This document shows, in pieces, positions 1 to 13,000 of a stretch of 64,000 nt of DNA. Source of the stretch: Paraspadella gotoi. Its lineage: Eukaryota; Animalia; Chaetognatha. Location: NCBI GenBank assembly GCA_051294375.1, contig CM119270.1:13673833-13737832 (forward strand), written 5' to 3'. The notes beneath the pieces were generated by a model. It saw only the letters and a program-made list of their open reading frames with translations. It did not search any database and was not told the origin of the DNA. Every line of letters begins with the position of its first letter. The first letter of the stretch is position 1. Position numbers and translations under genes: made by a program.

Positions 1-1165
1 CAGAAATAACAACTAATTCACGCTTGCTTAATCATTCGTTTTTTTTATGATTGACCGATTTAAACTCTTTTAAATTACGGTCATCGGAGACTCAGAGTAC
101 TGTAGTCGGGCATTGAACCTAGGCAATGCCCGACTACAGTACCACGTTATACGGTCCTGGTCCGCTACTAAAAAAATTTAAATGTCAACAAAAACTGCTT
201 ATAAGCATTAATGATTAAATGTATTTGCATACATACGCATTTCGCTAATGCGAATGACGACAACGGATTCAAGTGAGAGATGGATGGACCCTCAGAACAT
301 TCGATCGGAAATCCGGAAACCCAGAACCTTACATCCGGAAACCCAGAACCTTACATCCGGCAGTGATTGTCTCCTTTGAAAGTTTCTTCAAGGGAATTTC
401 AATTTTAAACGATCTCTTACAAAAATATTTTCCAATTCCAGAGAAGCAAAACCATAAAATTAATAAATAAGCCACCCTGTTGGTCTTTGTGGTCAAAATA
501 TACGGAAATGTACCGTTTTAATCCTCAAAAATGAAAGCGCGATAGGTTCTCATGTGGCATCCGCTTCCTTTTCAATTAATAAAATAGCCGATTAACTCTG
601 CGGAAAACCGCCGCTGTCACCCACTACTTCATTGCAGCTTCCCTCCCTTCCCTCCATACACAGCAATCACGAAGGTTTAGGTTTTTAATCTCATTTGCAT
701 ATAGTAGCAGTAGCCATTAATTTCTAGCCAGGTGGGCTGTGAGAACAGTAGTTTATCATTCCATATTGACCCTTTTTAAATCATACACCTACAAATAAAT
801 ACACATAAACTTAAGAAAAGACCTAAGCAACCTACTATAACCTGAATATTATCAGAACGTTATCTTCAATATACAAAATTACAAGGAGTAAGAACAATTC
901 TATAAAAGATGTTCTTCAGATTATAACAACAATGATTGTCCAAAACATGACACTCATCCCAAGCATTCACGGAGCATTCGTTCAAAAACAAGGGAAATAA
1001 AGTTGGCCCGTGCAAGTTTCTTTTCTGACAATTCGAATGGCGAAGACTGCTTGCCCGGTCTCTTCTCTCTTTCTCGTTCCTCTTCCCAGGATTCTCTCTT
1101 CCGCCTCATCTCCAATTTCCGCGTTTCTCTGCCTCCTCCTCCATGGGTAATCCATTGCTCTCCGC

Positions 1166-1167
<2 letters not shown>

Positions 1168-1209
<42 letters not shown>
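1168..1209. repeat. (GA)n microsatellite upstream of the synaptophysin-like gene
   Basis: Pure GA run. Confidence 0.95.
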
Positions 1210-1211
<2 letters not shown>

Positions 1212-1551
1212 TTCAACGATGATGGTGTGCAAAAAAAAGAAACCTCGCCGCTAGCTTGCAACGCCGAAGCGGCCCCGCGCACACATTTCCCCGAGCGTGC
1301 TCGTACCGCCCGAGCGTCGTCTTCGCGACTCTGGATCTTCGTTACGACGCCTCGCTCTCGCGCCCGCTCCGAGTCTTCCCCCCCCGTCTCCCTCTCTGTC
1401 TCTCTCTCTCCCCTAGCCGATCTTCCCTCGTATCCCGGAGGACGACGCGACGCAAATGTCCACGAAAATCGCGACATTTTGACGTCTCCTATTTTTGGTC
1501 TTTCTTTCTCTTTGGTGCGAACGCTTCGGCGTCAAAGCCACTTCCGGCAAA

Positions 1552-3496
1552 ATGGACGTGGGACAGGTGAGGACTATTAAGAGAAAACCATGCGGCGTGG
1601 GTTTGCGTTTGACATTATTTTTTATCTGCCACAAAATATAATTTTGCAATCCACATTTTCTGCAAGCGTTAATTCTCACATTTTTTCACAATAAATTTAT
1701 ACTTGTATAGGTTAGGCCTTATACTTTTTCTCTTTCCCATTACCATAACTATAGCTTTCGTTTTCATTGAAAAAAAAAGTATTTATCGTTTTTCTGGTCC
1801 CTCTCTTTTTCCGACTCAAAATAGCCGGTTGGATTGGGACGAAATGAAATGAAATAAAATAGTCTTCCTAAACGACCAAAGCTTTTTTTAAGCCTCGTCT
1901 AAAATTAAAACATGATCAATGCTTTACTCTTATGTGAATTTGTTTCATAAATCGCAAATAATAAATAAGTATGATTTTACAGTTAGTAAACACTAAACAT
2001 CTCCCGATTACTTTCTAGTTGATGGCAAATATGAATACGCTGGTGCTCAAACAGCCGAAAGGTTTCATTAAGCTCATCCAATGGGTAAGTAACCAATAAC
2101 TATTAAAAGAATAAATCGTTATTAATTGAGTTTTTAATTTTTCTTTAAATTTGCAGTCATAAATACTTTTTATATAATTCTTTCAGATCGCCAGTATCAT
2201 ATGCTTTGCCTCGATTGCCGGTTGGGAGGATTCCTTTACTGTCGAAGTAAGTTGTCCATTTCAAAATGTACACTTGAAGTCTTTGTTTCTCTATTTTGAT
2301 TCTATTTTCATTCTTTCAGGTGAGTTGTGGAGCCAGCAAAAAGAAAGTTACGGTTGAATTCGAATATCCCTTTGAATTAGATATGGTTCTCTTAGAAGAA
2401 CCGATTTGTCAAGGTAGCATGAAGAAGATTAATCCGTCAAAAATTCAAATAACCCTTTCAAATTTTAATTTTTTTAGAATGGCCCATGTCTGGTGGAACC
2501 CCCTCTAACCTAGATGACATCGACTTTATGGCTCATGAGGCTGGCACCTCACAGGTATAGACGACATTAGACATGGTTACTGGTTAGTCACGAATATTCT
2601 AAATCAAAATAACATTCATTTCAGCTCTTTGTCTTCGTCGGTGTTATTTCTTTTCTCTACTCCATTGGAATTTCTGTATTTTATGTTTTTTTTGATCAAA
2701 TATATTCCACCAACGATCAAGCTCCAATTGGGGTATGTTTGTGATTTCGAGGCTTGTAGTATTTTGTATGCAAATTTAACCGTCTCTTTTTATTTCAGGA
2801 CTTCGGTATTCACGCGGCCATCGGCTTCCTCTGGTTCGTGTCAACCACGGCGTGGGCCACTTCGTTGTCGGAAATCAAGTACTATACGAACCCCGACACT
2901 TACGCACTCAAATTAATTCACGAGTGTCAGACGGACTTTGGAAAATGCAAAGCCCTAGAGTACCCTTCGTACGCCAGTCTCAACATATCCGTGGTGAGTT
3001 GAATCCGTCATCGCTTAACTTGAGAAGTCAAATTCATTGTGAACAACTGTTTCGTGTTCGGTTGCAATCAATCATCCAAACCAGCTCAATAATGATCAAA
3101 TGATTATCAATATCTTAAAATGTCAATTTTTTAGATAATGGGATTCTTGAATATGTTTCTGTGGTGGTCAAATCTGTGGTTTATCTACAAAGAGACGAAA
3201 TGGTTCCACAAGACGACAGCCAATGTGCCGCCGATGCCTCCAATGGAAGCACAACAGTATCCTCCAGGCGGATATGACCAATATGCTGGTTGGTTTTATT
3301 TTCTTTATTTTTCTAAACCGTCTGACTTGTTTGCTTTTTTTTGGTTTTTTTTATTAAATCAGCCGTAAATAATTAATCTTATGATTTATAATCAACAGCT
3401 CCACAAAGCCCAGTATACACCGAACAGCAATACGGAAACGACCCTTATATGCAGCAAAATAACTACACAGGACAGCCTCCATTCAATCAGATTTAG
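1552..3496 (+). CDS. Synaptophysin/synaptoporin-like MARVEL-domain synaptic vesicle protein (about 9 exons)
   Basis: Manual splicing of GT-AG exons (1552-1566, 2019-2084, ~2187-2246, ~2320-2413, ~2478-2554, ~2625-2732, ~2800-2994, ~3135-3288, ~3399-3496) gives MDVGQ-LMANMNTLVLKQPKGFIKLIQW...FEYPF...[31 protein letters not shown]...Y/Q/P-rich tail...PFNQI*. This matches physin motifs (KEPLGFVKVLQW, YPFRL, LNxSVxFGFLN, NLWFVFKET, C-terminal FxNQM/I). Confidence 0.92.
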
Positions 3497-6400
3497 CTTT
3501 TTTCTTTGCAAAAGTAAAACTTTTTTAAATTTTCATATTCAAAGCTTTTTTAAGGCAGAATCAACTTAATTTGTTTTTTTTTCCTTTAGTATTTCTGCAT
3601 GTCTGCATATCGGGAAATGGTTTCCAATGGGATTGGACTTTTAAGTTATACCTTCCCACTCTTCCTGTGAGACAGTGGAAAATGCTTCAAAAAAAGAATA
3701 ACAAAAACTCGATTTGTAGTTTAAAACCTCATTCAACCTTCATTTTTCGACTTGAAAAATGGTGTCGGTGCCAAAAAGTGGATATTATTTAGCCCAAATT
3801 CGTCATTTCTAGTCCGGCCGCTATCACCTCTAGAAACAGTGCGCGCGCCCGATATGATACACGGTATTGTAATAACTGTATTAGTGAATTTACTATCATC
3901 ATAACCATTATCAATGTCAACGAAGTTCGATAAAGACCTTCGAGAAAAACAGTGTACAAAACTGTATTATAAATCAAGATGCTTGTGGATTCCCGGTGTA
4001 ACGTTCATTGATTTACCTCTCCCTATATAAAGAGATAAATTGGACGTCAAAGTTGAATGATTAACATTCGCAAGACGGGAATTAGCCGGAAATAACTATG
4101 TGATTATAACTTATAACATTGCAATAATTTATTCAGAGATGCGTTATGACTCATTCGCAATTTACTATATTATTCACGGGGCGTTTATAGATTGATTTTA
4201 AGTGTGTAACTTGAAAAAGTGAGGATCAAACAAAATAGGCATAAGAGGCTACTGAAGCGTTTAGCTAACTTATTTTATTCGATTGGGAGACCAAGAAATT
4301 CTTAAATCATTCAGGTTTTTTAATCGCATTGAATGTAATACTATCGAATCACTAAATAAAGGAAAAATTGTTTTCACTTTCCAACAAACAAATTGTGTGT
4401 AGTAAACTATTATCACAAGAAAGTGTCCAAAGAGTTATAAGAAATAAAATATAAGTGAATGAAATAGTAAAAAAAAATGTATTCCGCCATACCCGTAAAA
4501 CGCGCATCAACAACAACATTGGCAGCTCTAAGCAGGAAAAAAATAAAAAAATATAAACACTGCCTGTTAAACGATTCTACCTAGGTTAGTAGTAAACAAC
4601 TTCATACGGAGACTTGTTTTGTTAAAGCTTGCACATTCCTTCAATTCATAACTGTTAGCCTAAAGTACAACAATTTTGAAAGATGGTAATTTGGAATAAA
4701 ACAAGGGCGGGAGTTACTTATATAGCTTGAGGACATTTTATGTTCGGTAAAATTTCTGAGAACCGAATTTTCCGACGGTTGTAAAAAATGTCCTCAGCCT
4801 TTGCCTACATACTAATTTATGTACTGCGAAGTTATTAGCATTGCCAAAACCTTTATAAAAAAAATTATGAGGTGGAATCTTTATCTGGATGTATTTGAAC
4901 CACTCATCAAAATTAACTGCTGTGCTGTTAATGGGAATCTATTGAGACACGATATCTTCCATTTTAATTAAAAATAACCGTCTAATGCCATTCATCATTT
5001 GCACCCTCATTTACCAACCGATTATAGATTTGTTCTCCAAACGTGTATATTTTTGTATTTTTGAGGTTAAGTATCACCTTAGAAGTTGTGCCATTTTTGT
5101 AATATTGACGATATTTAATATTAAATGAATATGAAAGAAAATAAAAACAAATATTGTGAAGTTTTTTTTAGCAGTAAAGCTAACTTTATAAGAAAATTTA
5201 TTATTAATCGTAGTAGGAGTTTCTATTATAGAGAGAGATGTTACATTTTTCATATTAATAATGGCGGAGAACAATTTTCATGCCATTATATCGAAACTCT
5301 TCAGCAGTTTTCAGTCAGTGCAGGTAACAAATTATTCCTAAACTGATACATGATTAACTAACTTAACAAACAACAACGATCAAAACCCGAGCAAAGAAAA
5401 CGAAGAGTAGATAATTGATAATAGATAATTGTCCTAAGTATCATCCTAACAAATCTGTCTTTTCAAGTGAAACATTGGTATAAAGAAAGACAAAAATGTA
5501 CAAGCAAAATCGTTTTTATTGCTTTTGTATTTCAAATGAAAAGTAGATATGACTTGTAACAAAATACGTTTTTGCGAAAACAGTCGTCCTTTCTCCACCC
5601 TAAAAACAGACCAAAATGTTCAAAAAGCATCTCTGCAATGACACAGCATGAGGTGACTAAGAATAAACAGTTGAAATGTGGCTCCTAGTGCCATCGGCAC
5701 ATTAACAAAGCTCATAAAATGTCCTATTTTCGCTTTCATGTAAAAAAAATTTCAAAATGGATGAACAGCAAATAATTTTAACATTTTAAATTTGTGACAA
5801 AAAGGGTTCAGGTTCCAGGAGATAAATGCCTCTATTATTAAGAAATAGACGGTAGAATTTAAAAAAAGTTTTGTTTTATTTGTTTTGTTTTATAATGTAT
5901 TATAATTATATTTTAAATTTTTTCCAAACGCAAGAAATTCTTATAAGTGTTAATGGAACCCCTTTACCCGGTATAAATTACGAGTATTGTCCCGTTGTAA
6001 ATGCCAAGGTGATTCAAATGTGAGTGTTGCAAAATTGCGTTGATTGATTTTTTATGTGTTTCGCTAAATTCGCCAATTTGACGAATACTTTTTGGGAAAA
6101 AAACGCCAAAAATAATAGGTTTTTTCCAACGATTACAAGGTTCAAAATAATAACAGTAGAGTTACGGTGCTTAAAGGGTAATGGATTGGGGAATGAATGA
6201 ATCTTGCAACTTTTTCTTTATGTTTTTATTAATCAAAAATCACATTTTTCTAGCAGTTCCGATTAAAAAAAGCGTGATGAAAAATTTGTTTTATCTTTAT
6301 ATTATTATTGTAATATCATTTAATACGTAAACAAATGTCCGATTATTATGAGGAAAATGTAAGGGGGATGAAGTGGACTGTACACGAATGACGGGGTTTT

Positions 6401-7090
6401 TAACGTATAAAATAAAGGAATTAAGAAGTGATACAAAAACTAGGAGGGGAAGGGGGAGATATACTGGCGATGGAAACCCATCCTACGGTGAATCACTAAA
6501 GCGATCCAGAAAAAAAATCGATACACCAACAAATGTGACTGAAGAACTCTCTTGAAAACCGTGAAAAAACAGCAAAACACACATTGGTGAGTCTCCACCT
6601 CCTTATCAACAATTACTTATAGACTTTTTTTTAACCTCGTTCGATCATTTTCAGCTTCGACATTTTGAGTTACTTCTCGATCGAGAACGGCGCAATAGTT
6701 TTAACTAGTTATTTATTATCTAGAATCCTACAATTTATATGATTATGAGATCACAGTAACATAAGCGATCCCAACGATCAATATTGGCTCCTTTCTAAGA
6801 AAACAATTATGTATTACATGGGAAATGACTGTCGTCACTGACGATAGTCCAAATTATATAATTATTGGGAATGCTTTAAAATCTCAACTGGAATGTTTTT
6901 TTTTTTAATTTAAGGACAGGAGTTTTGAATTTTAAACGATTCCACTATCTCAGTTGCACAACCCGGTGCGACAACAACATCCACCATTGAATACTCATCA
7001 GTCACCACCATCGTTCACATTTAACTTTCGAAACAACCGAAAAATACTGAAACCTCCAACTGAAGGCTATCGACAATCAAGGGCCCATTT

Positions 7091-10000
7091 TCAAACCCCC
7101 GTCTCGATCCTACCCTGAATAAAGTTAGGGATCGGTGGGGATTCCTCCCCCTTTTCCCTCGTCCTCTCCTCTACTCTCTTTCTTCCTCCCTCCTCTTCCG
7201 CGACGACCGCCCTCCCATCTTCTTCCTCCCCGAACCACCCGCCAAAGTCTCTGAGGATGGCGTCAACAACGAACTTTTGTTCCTCCCACACGGAAGTGGC
7301 TCGTCCGGGCTTGGCAGAAGCCGAAGGATCGACGTCGACGATGTCGTCGTCGTCGTCGGCCGCGGCGATCGCCGAGAGGACCACGGCGAATTCCCCGCGG
7401 CGATGTAGATGTTCGCCGTAAGAGGAGTTGGTGAGGAGGAGGTGGAGGAGGGAGAGGAACTCGGTGCGGAGAGAGTCGGAGGAGGAGAGGTCCGAGATTT
7501 CTCTGAAATATAAGTTTAAACGGGAGTTTAACAGGAATAGTCAAATACAATTAAAATACAGATTTGGACAAAAAAAGTTTAATAGTTATGATAAAAGCAT
7601 TTTTTTTCTGTTATTTAAAGAAAAATATTTTTTAAGACTCAGTTAATATATTGTCGGACTACCATTTGCTTCCATCGACGAGGGAAAGAGTTATAGAGGC
7701 TGGGCAAATATGAAGGGTTCAGCTTCACCAAATACGATTTAATTTTTTTTGATTTTGTAGACTGTTATGGCGTTATACTGCAAAATGTCCCTTTTTATCC
7801 TTGACCAAACATTTTCAATGGTGTTGTAGTCAGGTAAGTTTCCGTGCCAACCTTTAAGCACCTCGATCCCGTTTTCCTCATAACTTTTTTGGAAGGATTT
7901 GACTTTGTATCCAAAAGCTTTAGCTTCCATGAAAATCTACCCATTTGCCGTTACATGACTAAAACTATTCTTCTTCTCTCCATTTTTTTTCAACTGGCTT
8001 GCAGAAGCCTTATGGCCTTAAATTGCGAATCTTTTTAGGTCATCGTCCTTGCTCCCCGTGGACATGAAAGGCCGCCTGCTTCCAACAGCTTGTCCAAGGT
8101 TTCTAATTGCTTTAAATTTGTTGAAAACTCTGCAGATGGTTGTCGGAAAGAAATGAAACTGTTTGGCAATCCTATATTCTGACAAACCCACCATCCAAAG
8201 CTCAACAACTTCAGCTTTATTTTTGAGGTTTAACTGTTTTGAAGTTACTATGTTAAAAAACACATAAAATAAAAAATAAAGATAGATAAAATTTTTTTTT
8301 ATAAAAAAAAAGGAAATTGTAAAACAAAATTTCGATCCTTTTTTGATTTTAGCACAGCTTCTATAATATTTAGCCTAAAACCTGGTTATGGGCTCGAATA
8401 AAAGATATTTATCTTGGCTTTCAAATGAACCCAAGTTTTAATTAATAGGATGACAGACAAGTGAGATAGTAGTTTAAATTTTTTTTGACCAGATCTGTAA
8501 TGTAAGGAGACATCGAATGCACCGTCGAAGAGATTAATTGATACACACTCTTTAGTGGCGCCGCGAGTACTCGCGAAGTAACTCTATATGCCACTTTCTG
8601 GTCGGTCAGTCTGTATATGTTTATTTGTTTAGTTATATCTTAAATATTTAAAACTCCGGTAATATACTGCATCAATTAAGTTTATATTTGGAAAAAAGGA
8701 AAAGTACCATAATTTTAGTTTTTTACTAATTTTACTTTCGCCGACCAAGGTTAGGGGTGGTAGTTAGGTAATTAGGGTTAAGGTAATCAGATAAGGATTT
8801 TTTTAAAAATTATTTTTAAGAGGTTTTTCAAAAGACGCTAAAACCCTAAAAACTATATAACCAGAAGTTAGATGCAGCATAATTGATAAAATATTGATTC
8901 ATTTTAGTTAATACTTGGCAGACTGGTAAAGTTTCAGTAATTGCATTTTGTACCGGGCATCAAAAGTAACTTGCATAACTGACCTGAGGATGATGTCCAG
9001 CAAAACCTTGGAATCGTTCGTGTAAAAGAGCGAGGCCGTCGCGGGCGTCGAGTAGATGTCCGAAAGAATCTTAATCACGCTGTGCTGCGCCGCACAAGGT
9101 TGCGTGGACGCGTCGTGGTCGAACATCTGGGATTGCGATACGATGATGATGATGAACATAAGGTGTTCAAAGCATGAGAATATAAAATAGTTAACTGACC
9201 ACTAGATTCGTTTCGACTCTTATTGTTATTTTTACTATTGTCTTTTCTCTTTTTGTTATTGTCGTTTTTCTCTCTGAAAATGATTTTGATCATTACATGT
9301 TGTAAATAAATTCGTGAAACGTCTTCTTATTTTTTTTCTTCAAATTCCTGCTAACCATTGAAAGTATACTTAAAAATGTATAAATTTTCGTTTGAGCATA
9401 TACTCGCTCTAAATTTTTGACTCACCCCATTGAGTGGGGTTACCCTATTCTCGGTACTCATTATCTCAAAACACGTCACTCGGTTATTGGTTAGCGTGAA
9501 TAAAGACGCAAAAAATGATAATGAATCCCTGACCCCTATTACCTGAACCGGGTCCTCGCCCCTGTTGAAGAGAAGAGCGATACGTTCGGTCAGCACTTTG
9601 ATGTTAGCCGAGTTCTCCGCCAACACCTGCATCAAGGGATTCGCGTAGACGTCGTTCAGATGGAGATTGAAGGCCAGTATCACGTTGACCGCCATGTCGA
9701 TGATCTGAAAAAGTGAGAATCGATGATTTTCAAAATATTTTAAAAAAATTATAAATTATAATTCACTTTGTCGGTCCGTCGGTCTCCCCCCAAAATCTTG
9801 TCGGGCATACACTTAAATCATGTCAAAATCTCGAATTATGATCAATTATGCAAAAAAATGATGTCCGTCCGTCTGTCTGTCTGTCCGTCCCACCTTAGCA
9901 AAAAATTCAAATTACTCGTGATGGTTGGTTGGATGGATGGATGGTTGGATTGAAGTGAAATTTTGTGTGTGGGTAGGAAACTGTGATTGAGCTGGATATA

Positions 10001-13000
10001 AAATTTCAATGGAATCGTTCGAGTGGAAATGAGTTTAAATGGAAAAATCATAAGTCACGTTTACTTGAATCTTTTTGCTTATATTACCTCATAATTACTC
10101 AATTTAATTCTAATTGGATAAATGGATTGAGATGAAATTTTATATGTGAAGGAGTCGTGCCAGTGGAAATAAGTTTAAATGGAAAAAACAAATGTAACTT
10201 TTACTTAAATTTTATTTAAATTTCAAAGTTTCTCTCTCTCCATTGTTCTTAAAATTGGAAAAAATATGATTTTGAAATTTTATGATTTTATAAGGATATT
10301 ACGATAAAGAAAATTCAATTTATTTTTTTATTTATTTATTTGTTCAAGTTTATGCTGTTATTCAATTTTTTTTTAAAAATGGCTTAATTATTTTTATTAC
10401 ATATACAAAGGCAGCAAAAAAACATTGTTCCATCGCTCAATCTTTTCATCGCTCCACCCTAATGGATATGGTGGACATTAACAAGTTACTCTGAAAATGA
10501 GTCCTTAATTTTTCATTTCTCAATTCTCCATCCTTCCACTCCGCATTTACCTGATCGTTCTGGTCCCCGTCGTCGTCGTCCGAAACCTCGACGAGGTTGA
10601 GTAGAAAAGTGAGGAAGTCCGCGTTGAGAATGTCGTAGTGGTGGACGGGTAAGGGCTCCCCCGTCGACAGCAGCATCGTCAGCACCAGCGCTGAGTAAGT
10701 CAGCCGCTGCGTCTCGTCCACTTCCTCGGACTGGAAAATTGACGGAATGGCAACTCGTTTCCATGATGATAGTTACTTCGAACGGTTTAATTATCTCACC
10801 TGGCCGGAAGGGGATTGCGCGCTGCGAACGTGGGCCTGCATGTCGCGCGCGAGTTCAACCGGCAAAACAGACTGTAGAAGCTGAGAAATGATTTTTGTGT
10901 CGAGAGCGCAAAGACCTGCGAATACCTGTCGAGGCAAAGCGGATGAGATTTAAAGAGACGGGAATTATTAGAGCGGTATGGGGTTTGCATTACTTTGAGT
11001 AATTTGAGCCTAATCGTCAGTCTTGGCTCCATTTGATAGTATAGAACCAAGGTAACAACTGGAGTGTAGTTGTCGGCAGCAACCGCTTGTCTGCAAAAAA
11101 AATTAAATAAACAAAAATTTAAAAAATGAAGCTAGACAAACGAAAAAAACTTGGTTAGTTTCGCCATATTTCTTATTATAAGTAAATAAATTTAATTTAG
11201 ATTTTTCATGCCACTTCACAATAAACCACCACATATCATGTTTAATTGTAGCAAAAGATATTTCTCTTTATAGAAAGAATTCGAAATTCATTTGCTGCAA
11301 TATTTTTCTACAGCTTAAACATGATATGATGTGATAAACGTATAAAAATATATTTAGTATTCTAAGTTGTTAAATCATAAGTACGGCGTATAAGTTTACA
11401 ACTGTATTCCCTTTAAAATTGAATCCCATAGCTCATGGAAAACGAAATCCTAAGGGATATAATCCTTTGGTTCACAGTATTTGTGCTTAATTAATTTTGA
11501 CACTTGTCAACTTAAAAATTCTATAGGAGAGAGATGATCGTGATTTAATTAATGATTAAACGTGAAAAAAAATCATGCTAATTAAATTTCTCTTAGGAAT
11601 AATAGATGATACAAAATGTTTCTTTACCTCAGCACTCGCCTCCTCATCAAAGAGAGTCCTAATATATTAGAACGCGTACATTGTTCTCAATTTTAGCATT
11701 TACAATAATTTGTAGTATTTTTGGGGGTTATTGATTTATTAATTTTTTAACCTTAAAGAAGGCGAATTTTATTTTATTAAAATTTAATTTGCACTAACTT
11801 TTTCTAAAACCATCACATGAACCAGAGCTTTTATCCCATTAAGCAAACTAAATATCATATTGTACATAAAACTGCTGGAAAACGTCTACCACTCACTACT
11901 TAAGATTATGGGTTGGTGTGGTAGTACGACGACGACCTTTACACCAGACTTCTCCCCAGTAATTAAAAAAGGGAAAATCCTTTAAATATCGCTGCGGTAG
12001 TTTTAAATTTTGCCCGGCTACCCATCCAAACGCTTTCAGCTCCGGATTGCCATCACCTGCAGATGAGGGGGTTCGCATTTTCTAAGATGGAAGCGAGTTC
12101 CTCCAAATACTCTAGGATGACGGCTTCGTCCTCATGAAGATGCCAACTGCGTTGCTGGAGGTCGTCCTTGCAGGCCGCCATCTCGGAGAAGATCACCTAG
12201 ATAAGAGATATTTAATCTTCAATTTCACATTGTCTCAGGTTTCAGCCAATATTCCTGCAAATTTGTCGGGGACACACCTGAAGCCTGACGGCGTCGTGAC
12301 TCAGCTCTAAATTGTCTCCGATTTTTTTCACGTTGGATATTCTGGCAATGACGTCATTAGAGACGGCAGTCATCTCAGGGAATGCATCGCCCAACAACAG
12401 CAGGACTGTGCGTATCGCCGTCTTACTGTTCTCGTAGCTGAAAAAAATTTCACGATTAGTTTATATTGATTTACACATTTTAGAAATATTCGAAGTAAAT
12501 TTTATCAACTCATTTTCACCTTAGACTGGTGGCCACCCTCACGGCCTCGATCAAGTCTGTCGCCAGGTGCTCTGGCGTCGCCCCGATGCGTGGGTGCACC
12601 GGAGCATCAGCACTCGGAGTGGCCACGGCTGGCAAGCAGTCGGTCGTTGGCGGGACAACGCCTTTGGAAGCGGGGTTGCCATTGATGGCGTTCGTGGCAG
12701 CTGATGAGGAAGGAAAATAAGTTGCAGACAAGACAAAGAAAATTAAAGAAAGGCGAAAATAAAAAAAAGGCAAAATATAAATAAAAAAAGAAAGATAACA
12801 GAAAAAAGAAAAAAAATGGGAAGAATAGAGGAAAAAAATTATTTGAAGAAAATAAAAGAGAAGAGGAGAAAAGAAAAAAAAGAAAAATAAAGAAAGATAG
12901 AAAGAAGAAAGAACCGGCTGTCCTGATTAATGACCATCAACCTATAAAGATTTGCCCGACAAACAAAATAAAAACCGAGACACCTTTGTTTTTTTCCTCG

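Noticed and set aside
954-1580. ORFs with LSLSLS/ERERER runs (also near 57.5-57.9, 60.2-60.5 and 61.6-63.3 kb)
   Set aside because: Translations of GA and GAAA microsatellites.
4700-6600. Possible decayed transposase or gene in the spacer between the physin gene and NCKIPSD
   Set aside because: Only short AT-rich ORFs; no motif or terminal repeat that I could support.
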